A DNA stretch of 32,000 nt from Vibrio alginolyticus NBRC 15630 = ATCC 17749 (GTDB lineage Bacteria; Pseudomonadota; Gammaproteobacteria; Enterobacterales; Vibrionaceae), in the NCBI RefSeq assembly GCF_000354175.2, contig NC_022359.1, forward strand, positions 1,650,001-1,682,000, in the 5' to 3' direction. Below are positions 18,301 to 26,300 of the stretch, piece after piece. The position numbers and the translations under genes were made by a program. The notes beneath the pieces were generated by a model. The model was not told the DNA's origin and made no database searches. It saw only the letters and a program-made list of their open reading frames with translations. Position 1 is the first letter of the stretch, and each line of letters begins with the position of its first letter.

Positions 18301-20359
18301 CGCCAGTGTAAGTCACGCCTTCAACTGTTAGGTTGTCACCTTCTACATCTGTCGCGCCTGTTAACAAGTCCGCATCAGTGAAGGTAAGAAGACCGTCCTC
18401 ACCCACTGTGAACGCTTGATCTTGTGGCTCTGGCGCATCATTGACTGGTGTTACTGTTAAGTCGAGACCAGCCGCGACCACTTCTTCCCCGTCAGTCACA
18501 TCGTAGGTGAACTCGATATCACCGTAGAAGTTCTCGCTCGGAGTAATGGTGAAGCTGCCATCCTCGTTCATTTCAACCGTCGCATTTTCATCATTGGTGC
18601 TTAGGTTGATTGCGCTTAGGTCGTCACCATCAATATCAACAGCGTGCTCCAGTAACTGCTCTTGAGTCAGCGTAATGCTGTTGTCTTCGGCGGTTACCGC
18701 AGTGATATCACCCGTCACTTCTGGTGCATCATTGGTTGGCGAGATATGAATCGTCACATCTTGCGTCGCTGTCGCCGTGGTTCCAGTATCCACATCCGTA
18801 GAGGTTGCGTTCACGGTTAGCGTCACATCGCCATTGAAGTCCGCAGAAGGAATAAACTCTAGCCCTTCTAGCTCGCCTGGTTGTAGTGACCAAGTGCCGT
18901 CACCATTATCAACACCTGCTGATAGTGCGCTGCCTTCTGGCACATCTTCAATCAAGATAGCGAGGTTTTCTGAACCATCTGTATCGGTTAACGCTGCATC
19001 GATATCAAGTGGCACTGGTGTATCTTCGGTACCAATGATTTGGTAATCCGCGTCCGCTACCGTGATTTCGATGTTGTCGATACCAAACGATTCATCCCAA
19101 ACGTCTTGATTCAAGGTTGAACCGAAGCCGAGTTGCAGTTCACCATCCTCGACAGGAACCGTCAGGTTGATTTGGTGAGCTTGGTCGTTCCAACCACTGA
19201 AGCCTTCACGTTGAGAGGCTCCGTGGATCACTTCACCCACTTCATTACCATCTGAGTCGTAAAGCGTTGTCGTGCCATCTTGAGTACGGAACGCGGAGTT
19301 TTCCAAGGTGGTTAGTTGTTCGCCGCCGACAAAGATTTGGAACGACTCGCCATCCCAAGAATCGATTTCGTAGAAGCTAAATGAGATATTCACTTCATTG
19401 ACATCGCTTGGGATCTCGTAGGTTTTGCTGACCGCTTCATCACCGCCAGTGCCACCAATACGACCCAGCATATCGCCCGTTTCGAAACCTTGTGAACTTT
19501 CAGTATTCGCGTTCCAACCGTTCGAGCCAGACTCGAAGTTATCAGAGGCAATCACCAAGTCTGAAGCAATAGACAGCTCTGGCATATCAACCACAGATTG
19601 AACATCAATGTTCGCTTCTGCTGGCACGGTTGCGGTGCCATCGTTGACGTCAAACGTCACGTTCACGTTGCCATCGAAGTTTTCATTCGGAGCGAAGGTG
19701 TACGTGCCGTCACCGTTATCAACCAAAGTACCGCTGTCAGAAGCAACGTTTTCAACCGTTAGGTTATCACCATCGATATCACCTGCATTTTGCAGCAGTT
19801 GCTCTTCGGTGAAGGTGAAGCTTGTGTCTTCTTGCGTGACGAACTGTGGCTGACCAACCGTTGGTAGGTCGTTCACTGGGTTCACAGTCAGATCGGCAGT
19901 GGCTTGAATGGTCGCATCGCCGTCCGTAATGTCGAAGCTCAGATCAATGTCGCCATTGAAGTCCGCATCCGGTGTGATAGTGAAGCTGCCGTCATTATTC
20001 GCAACAACGGTCGCATTGCCGTCAACAGTGAGGTTGGATGCAGTTAGGTCATCGCCATCCACGTCGCCGGCTTGAGCAAGAAGCTGCTCTTGGCTTAGCG
20101 TGATAGAACCGTCTTCATCCACGCTGTATGCCAAATCACCTGATACTGGCGCATCATTGATTGGCAATACATCGATGCTTGCATTGGTTGACGCAGTTGC
20201 ACCGTCTTCATCAACAACGACAACATTTAGGCTAACATCACCGTTGAAGTTTTCGTTTGGTGCGAAGCTGAATGTACCGTCGCCGTTGTCAGTAAAGATA
20301 CCGTCGGAGCCGCTGTAGCTGACGCTATCAATCGCGACATCACCTTCAACGTCAGAAGC
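12311..20359 (-). CDS. giant adhesin gene, fragment 3 (C-terminal ~2,680 codons)
   Basis: ORF track gives 12311..20401. Homology to the repeats begins at ASDVEGDVAIDSVSYSG (codon GCT at 20359-20357). It ends ...GTDQGNDFDQSSM* with TAA at 12313-12311. Confidence 0.85.
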   Translation of the reverse strand, partial: ASDVEGDVAIDSVSYSGSDGIFTDNGDGTFSFAPNENFNGDVSLNVVVVDEDGATASTNASIDVLPINDAPVSGDLAYSVDEDGSITLSQEQLLAQAGDVDGDDLTASNLTVDGNATVVANNDGSFTITPDADFNGDIDLSFDITDGDATIQATADLTVNPVNDLPTVGQPQFVTQEDTSFTFTEEQLLQNAGDIDGDNLTVENVASDSGTLVDNGDGTYTFAPNENFDGNVNVTFDVNDGTATVPAEANIDVQSVVDMPELSIASDLVIASDNFESGSNGWNANTESSQGFETGDMLGRIGGTGGDEAVSKTYEIPSDVNEVNISFSFYEIDSWDGESFQIFVGGEQLTTLENSAFRTQDGTTTLYDSDGNEVGEVIHGASQREGFSGWNDQAHQINLTVPVEDGELQLGFGSTLNQDVWDESFGIDNIEITVADADYQIIGTEDTPVPLDIDAALTDTDGSENLAILIEDVPEGSALSAGVDNGDGTWSLQPGELEGLEFIPSADFNGDVTLTVNATSTDVDTGTTATATQDVTIHISPTNDAPEVTGDITAVTAEDNSITLTQEQLLEHAVDIDGDDLSAINLSTNDENATVEMNEDGSFTITPSENFYGDIEFTYDVTDGEEVVAAGLDLTVTPVNDAPEPQDQAFTVGEDGLLTFTDADLLTGATDVEGDNLTVEGVTYTGADGVLTDNGDGTYSFAPNENFNGDVNFTFDVSDGTDTTSANIDVSVTPENDPPVAGSTSYTVHEDNSITISDEQLLANSSDIEGDVAISSVSYSGNDGVLEINGDGTYTFSPNENFTGDVSLDVVVVDEDGAVDTTTAGITVLEVNDPPIAGTTSYTIDEDEVITISAEQLLANSSDIEGEVALDSVSYSGSEGIFTDNGDGTFSFAPNPNFNGEVNLDVVVVDEDGATASTTANIDVLPINDAPVSGDLAYSVDEDNSITLSQEQLLAQATDVEGDALTASNLVVDGDATVTANDDGSFTITPDANFNGDIDITFDINDGSDTIVATADLTVNPVNDLPQPEDQAFTIGEDGVLTFTDQDLLDGATDIDGDDLSVEGVTYTGADGVLTDNGDGTYSFAPNENFNGDVNFTFDVSDGTDTVTANIDVSVTPENDPPVAGSTSYTVHEDNSITISDEQLLANSSDIEGDVSIDSVSYSGNDGVLEINGDGTYTFSPNENFNGEVSLDVVVVDEDGATDSTTAGITVLEVNDPPIAGPTAYTIDEDQVLTFSESQVLLNASDVEGDVELVSISYDGPDGIFSVNGDGTCSFAPNENFNGQVSLDVTIRDEDGAEVDTYITVDVLPINDAPVSGNLAYNVDEDNTITLSQEQLLSQASDVDGDDLVAENLLVDGNATVTANDDGSFTITPDANFNGDIDITFDISDGSDTLVATADLTVNPVNDLPQPEDQAFTIGEDGVLLFTDEDLLDGATDIDGDDLSVEGVTYTGADGVLTDNGDGTYSFAPNENFNGDVNFTFDVSDGADTVTANIDVTVTPENDPPVAGSTSYTVHEDNSITISNEQLLANSSDVEGEVAIDSVSYSGADGVFQDNGDGTYTFSPNENFNGEVSLDVVVVDEEGATDSTTAGITVLEVNDPPIAGATSYSVNEDEVIIFTEEQLLAQSSDVEGDVSLESVSYSGSDGILTANDDGTYSFAPNENFNGGVSLDVVVADEDGATATTNANIDVLPVNDAPVSGDLAYSVDEDGSITLSQEQLLAQAGDVDSDNLEAVNLTAVANATVVENQDGSFTITPDANFNGDIDLSFDLIDNDGASVEVGVDLTVNPINDAPQSTPVNIAGTEDTTILITQDMLLANATDIDNTYDELSAVDLVIDEQYGDLLDNGDGTWSFTPAENFNGDVPMSFGVSDGDLVTPVEGNLNIEAVNDAPEAPTIQMQGEEDVVMVIDPAYIADQVTDLDGDEISVESITVRAPANATLTQQPDGMYHLVTTQDFNGLVELGYTATDGEEVVEGSLNVDVIPVNDAPFNVGNAFMATDEDGAFTFDAGDLMNLFGDIDTENLVVSRIITAEGEDGGEVTDNGDGTWTFTPTGDFAGVSDLQVVVSDGEFETVLDVPVFVRPVADGAVITTDHDGPLVFGEDETGHLGLNVGLIDDSETLSNLVMTGFPVGFEVTDGVNTITITEPGQYIDLNEWDISDLQMTPPADFNGEFFVTVTATTVDYGDEPEEFEDGIDSGDFETLAGEPVLLTADDLIGLAENVDADAGDEVKFVHLADRSQGEIVDNGDGTWTFNPAPGFTGEADIAYVIDKDGVLHDEQTGVVVKEDAPQENASPEIDSISTTEMAADGSLSFTNDDMLSTLSDAEGDSLSIESVSLMEGQGVIETDNQGNYQFTPAEGYTGDVQVGFIATDGENRIESFFNVDIQGEGETTTSEGYALADDGSLTLTEAQLIDELGISPSAEVLDVADANDAGFFAKSGDEEWTYWPNDDFDGNLAMDVQVNDNGEVSTQNLSIQVADDSAQSDEPQIQTAQASAEQQVGEAQQPEEQAANGADSEEESAADVTAAPGDTISISVPDEVSGNESVDYAEMSGLPDGASVSNALDNGDGSFTLSGNLNQPVSVDLPQGYEGTSEIQFQGYDELGSAVEGASGTVEVEVDDQYTMQGSAQDQQPDMAGMESGGSDWTSAGGQDQGVDFTDDSGSFDSDTQTGTDQGNDFDQSSM
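14985..18430 (-). repeat. repeat array III: 12 domains, three A-B-C-D super-units of 1,149-1,150 bp
   Basis: The same marker recurs at ~18114, 16965 and 15815. The array is the same length (3,446 nt) as array II and offset from it by 4,880 nt. Confidence 0.8.
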
Positions 20360-23310
20360 AGTTCGCCAATAGCTGCTCAGAGCTAATGGTGATGACTTCA
20401 TCTTCGTTCACTGAGTAGCTGGTCGCGCCTGCGATTGGTGGATCGTTCACCTCAAGTACCGTAATACCTGCGGTGGTTGAATCCGTCGCACCGTCTTCAT
20501 CGACAACCACAACGTCAAGGCTCACTTCACCATTGAAGTTCTCGTTTGGCGAGAAGGTGTAAGTGCCGTCACCATTGTCTTGGAACACGCCATCTGCGCC
20601 ACTGTAGCTGACACTATCAATCGCGACTTCGCCTTCGACGTCAGACGAGTTAGCCAATAACTGCTCGTTACTGATGGTGATCGAATTGTCTTCATGCACG
20701 GTGTAAGACGTGCTGCCTGCAACCGGAGGATCGTTCTCTGGCGTCACGCTTACGTCGATATTCGCCGTCACGGTATCCGTGCCATCGGAAACATCGAAGG
20801 TAAAGTTCACGTCGCCATTGAAGTTTTCGTTTGGCGCGAAGCTGTAAGTGCCGTCACCATTGTCGGTTAGGACACCATCTGCACCTGTGTAAGTGACACC
20901 TTCAACCGATAGATTATCGCCATCGATATCCGTTGCACCATCAAGCAGATCTTCATCAGTGAACAGCAAGACGCCATCTTCACCAATGGTGAACGCTTGA
21001 TCTTCTGGCTGTGGTAAGTCGTTAACTGGATTAACCGTTAGGTCAGCCGTTGCAACAATAGTGTCGCTGCCATCATTGATGTCGAACGTGATATCAATGT
21101 CACCATTGAAGTTCGCATCAGGCGTAATGGTAAAGCTGCCATCATCGTTTGCCGTAACCGTTGCATCACCGTCAACCACTAGGTTAGATGCGGTTAGCGC
21201 GTCGCCTTCTACATCCGATGCTTGAGCAAGAAGCTGCTCTTGGCTTAGCGTAATTGAATTGTCTTCATCGACACTGTAAGCCAAGTTGCCCGATACTGGC
21301 GCATCGTTGATTGGCAATACATCGATGTTTGCGTTAGTTGCCGCAGTTGCACCGTCTTCATCAACAACCACAACATCTAGGCTAACATCGCCATCAAAGT
21401 TGGCGTTTGGTGCGAAGCTGAATGTGCCGTCACCGTTATCAGTAAAGATACCGTCAGAGCCGTTGTAGCTTACGCTATCAATCGCAACTTCACCTTCAAC
21501 GTCAGAAGCGTTCGCCAATAACTGCTCAGAGCTAATGGTGATGACTTCGTCTTCGTTCACTGAGTAGCTGGTCGCGCCTGCGATTGGTGGATCGTTCACC
21601 TCAAGTACTGTAATACCTGCGGTAGTTGAATCCGTCGCACCGTCTTCATCGACCACGACAACATCTAGACTCACTTCACCATTGAAGTTCTCGTTTGGCG
21701 AGAAGGTGTACGTACCGTCACCATTGTCTTGGAACACACCATCTGTGCCGCTGTAGCTAACGCTATCAATCGATACATCACCTTCAATATCCGATGAGTT
21801 CGCTAGTAGCTGTTCATCACTGATGGTGATCGAGTTATCTTCATGCACAGTGTAAGAGGTGCTGCCTGCCACCGGTGGATCGTTCTCTGGCGTCACACTC
21901 ACATCAATATTCGCGGTCACGGTGTCCGTGCCATCGGAAACATCGAAGGTAAAGTTCACGTCGCCATTGAAGTTCTCATTCGGTGCGAAGCTATAGGTAC
22001 CATCTCCATTGTCAGTTAGGACACCATCTGCGCCTGTGTAAGTGACACCTTCTACCGATAGGTCATCGCCATCGATGTCCGTTGCACCATCCAGCAGGTC
22101 TTGATCAGTGAAGGTCAACACACCATCTTCACCAATGGTGAACGCTTGATCTTCTGGCTGCGGCAAGTCATTAACTGGGTTAACCGTTAGGTCCGCCGTT
22201 GCAACAATAGTGTCGCTGCCATCATTGATGTCGAACGTGATATCAATGTCGCCATTGAAGTTCGCATCTGGCGTGATAGTGAAGCTACCATCGTCGTTTG
22301 CCGTAACCGTTGCATCACCGTCAACCACTAGGTTAGACGCAGTCAGCGCATCACCTTCTACATCCGATGCTTGAGCAAGAAGCTGCTCTTGGCTCAACGT
22401 GATTGAGTTGTCTTCGTCAACGCTGTACGCCAAGTTACCAGATACAGGTGCATCATTGATTGGTAAGACATCGACTGTGATGTAAGTATCAACCTCTGCG
22501 CCATCTTCATCGCGAATGGTCACATCCAACTGTACTTGACCGTTGAAGTTTTCATTCGGTGCAAAACTACAAGTTCCATCACCGTTTACTGAGAAGATAC
22601 CATCTGGACCGTCGTAGCTGATGCCAACTAGCTCGACATCCCCTTCAACATCGGAAGCATTCAGTAGCACTTGCGATTCACTGAAGGTTAGAACTTGGTC
22701 TTCATCGATAGTGTATGTGGTAGGACCTGCGATTGGTGGGTCATTTACCTCAATCACAGTAATGCCTGCAGTGGTAGAGTCCGTTGCACCCTCTTCATCG
22801 ACTACGACAACATCTAGGCTCACCTCGCCGCTGAAGTTCTCGTTTGGTGAGAAGGTGTAAGTACCATCACCGTTGATTTCCAGCACGCCATCGTTACCGC
22901 TGTAGCTCACGCTATCAATCGCCACTTCGCCTTCTATATCAGACGAGTTAGCCAACAGCTGTTCGTTACTAATGGTAATCGAATTGTCTTCATGAACGGT
23001 GTAAGCCGTGCTGCCTGCAACCGGTGGATCGTTCTCCGGCGTCACGCTTACGTCGATATTCGCCGTCACGGTATCCGTGCCATCGGAAACATCGAAAGTG
23101 AAGTTCACGTCGCCATTGAAGTTCTCATTCGGTGCGAAGCTATATGTGCCATCGCCATTGTCAGTAAGAACACCGTCTGCGCCTGTGTAAGTGACGCCCT
23201 CAACAGATAAGTCATCCCCTTCAATATCGGTAGCGCCTGTTAGGAGATCCGCATCAGTAAAGGTCAGCACACCATCTTCACCAATGGTGAACGCTTGATC
23301 TTGTGGTTCA
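19865..23310 (-). repeat. repeat array II: 12 domains, three A-B-C-D super-units of 1,149-1,150 bp
   Basis: The marker ...catgcac.gtgtaaga.gtgct... recurs at ~22994, 21845 and 20695. Frameshift 1 (20360) lies inside this array. Confidence 0.8.
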
Positions 23311-26300
23311 GGCGCATCGTTAACTGGTGACACCAATAACTCAAGGTTGGTTGAGACAACATCATCGCCGTCAGACACATCGAACGTAAAGGTGATGTCA
23401 CCATTAAAGTCCGCATCTGGCGTTAAGGTGTAAGTACCGTCACCATTGTCTGTGATGGTGATGTTTTCATCATCCGTTGCCAAGTTCAGTGCTGTCAGTT
23501 GGTCTCCATCCAAGTCACGCGCATTAGCGAGCAAATCTTCTTGCGTGATTAGGATTGAACCATCTTCTTCAACCACAGCAGAAACAGGCAATGCTTCAGG
23601 CGTATGTTCAATGTGAGCACCCGTTGCATTGACGTAGATGGTTTGAGAAACGGTTTCAGAATCATTATTTGATAGCTCTGTCGCCGTTGCCGTTACATTG
23701 ATTTCTAGCTGTTGGTTAAAGTCTTCTGGCAATTGAATCTGTAGCTCTTGTTCAATTGCTGTGGTTGGAAGCGTTACAGAACCATCTGGACCGACTGTTA
23801 CTTCACCACTGTAGATCTGGCTGTTCACTTCACCTACATCAATGGTGAAGTTGAAGTCACTATAATCGGCATCGCCGCCACCGTAGAGATCTTCAAAGCC
23901 GTAAACCAGTTCACCGTCTTCGTTCACAGTAGTTCGAGTATGTTCAATGCCATCTTGGTTGAGCTCTGAGCTTGTGCCGCCATGGAAGACTGCATCACCA
24001 AATTGGCTTTGAATCACGGTTTCAGAACCATCAGCACCCACAAACACGAGTTGTGGGTCGACCGTATCCATGTTCGCAGGAGAGCCATCTGCCGCACGGA
24101 ACTCATACTGACCATCTTGCATGGACGCAAAGTCATTGAAGTTATGACCGTTAGGAATCAAGAATAGGTTGAAGCTTTCCCCTTCCGAGATTTGGAAGCT
24201 GAACTGATCTTGTCCCGGAATGAGGTCACCGCCTCCGCCAACTTGAGAGGCGTTTTCGTACACCACTTCAACGCCCGTGATATTGCCGTCTTCATCAACT
24301 TTGTAATAGCCAGCTGCGTTTTGGTAACCCGCGGTTTCACCTTCAAAGGTAACCGTGATTTCAGTATCATTGAAACTGGTGATACCGTTGTCTTGATCGT
24401 TAAGTACCCCTTCGTTGTCGTAGCTGATCACCGAACCTTCTGGAACACCATCAACGGTCACAGTCAGCGTTTCTGACAAGTCTTGGTCAACCAATGCTGC
24501 GGCGATGTTCACTTCAACAATACCGCCTGGCTCAACCAAGATCGCTTGGTCATCCACGTTTCGACCGTCGCCATCAGTGATGACTAGGTCTGGCGCATCT
24601 GCTACGGCTTCGATATGGACATTAATGTCTTGCTCAACTTCATCCGTACCGTCAGAAACCGTAAAGCTGAACTGTAAGTCACCACTGAAGTGCTCTTCTG
24701 GTACGAAGCTAAATGTACCGTCACCGTTGTCCGTTACAGTACCTTCATCACCCGAGTAGTTAATGCTCGTAACAGTGAGGTCATCACCATCAATATCAAT
24801 CGCACCACTTAGCAGATCTTCTTGCGTGAACAGGATGCTGCCATCCTCTTCAATTTGGTACATGCCAGGCGCAACAATTGGAATGTCATTGACTGGGTTC
24901 ACCGTCAATGTCATTTCATTGGCAACACTCAATTCACCGTCGCTCACTTCATAAGTAAACTCGATGTCTCCGTTGAAGTTCTGTGAAGGCGTAACGGTAA
25001 AGGTGCCGTCGCCGTTATCCACGATAGAGGCATTAGGATCATTGGTTTCTAGTGCCGTTGCGTATAGGTCATCACCATCTTGATCGCTGGCATTTTCAAG
25101 CAGCATTTCTTGTGTCACGAGAATAGAGCCATCCTCGTCCACGTCTGCCACGATTGGCGCTGCTTCTGGTGCGTCGTTGACGAACTCAACTTTCAAGTCG
25201 ATGTTTGCCGCCACCACATCGGTGCCATCGCTCACATCAAACGTGAGGTCAACATTACCAAAGAAGCCCTGCTCTGGCGTTAATGTGTAAGTGCCATCGC
25301 CATTGTCTGTCACTTGAACCGTATCGCTTAAGCTCGTCACGTTCACAACAGATAAGTCATCGCCTTCGATGTCCGTCGCTTGAGCCAGCAGCTCTGCTTC
25401 AGTAATCGTGATGGCTTCGCCGTCTTCTGTGGTGAAGGACAAATCAGGTACATCTGGCAGGTCGTTCACTGGGTTAACGGTGAGGTTTAGATCCGCAGCG
25501 ACGGTTTCAATCGCGTCAGTTACGTCATAAGTAAATTCGATTTCACCAAAGAAGTTTTCGCTCGGTGTAATCGTGAAGCTACCATCAGCGTTCTCAACGA
25601 TGGTTGCATTAGGATCGTTGGTCGACAGGTTCACCGCTTCAAGGTTGTCACCATCCACGTCCGTCGCGTTCGCCAACAAGTCTTCTTGAGTGATGGTAAT
25701 TGAGCCATCTTCATCGACGACCGCATCAACAGGCCCGCTTACCTCTGGACCTTCGTTGACGATCTCAACATCGATCTTCGCAGTGCTTGGTGCGCTTGCT
25801 TGACCATCGCTGATGTCGAAGGTCAGGTTCACTTCACCGTAGAAGTTCGAAGTTGGCTCGAAGGTAAAGGTGTTGTCGCCGTTGTCTGTCAACGTACCTT
25901 GTGACTGGTCAACAAGCAGTAGATTCTCGATATGAAGAATGTCGCCATCCACATCGGTCGCACCTGATAACAGGTCTTTTGCTTCGATGATGATGGTGCC
26001 GTTTTCTAGCATTTGAGTATGCAGCGGTGCTCCAGGAACTGGCACATCGTTGACCGGAATAACGGTCAGGTCTAGATGAGTATCGACTTCATCGGTGCCA
26101 TCGAAGACTTTGTAATCGATATCGACTTCACCATTGAAGTTTTCATTCGGCATAAAGGTGTAAGTGCCGTCGCCATTATCGACAAGCTCACCGTTATCAC
26201 CGCTGTAAGAGATATCAGAGATAGACAGCGCATCGCCTTCCACATCACTTGCATTGGCAAGCAGATCGTCCGCGCTAAACGTAATGCCCACATCCTCATC

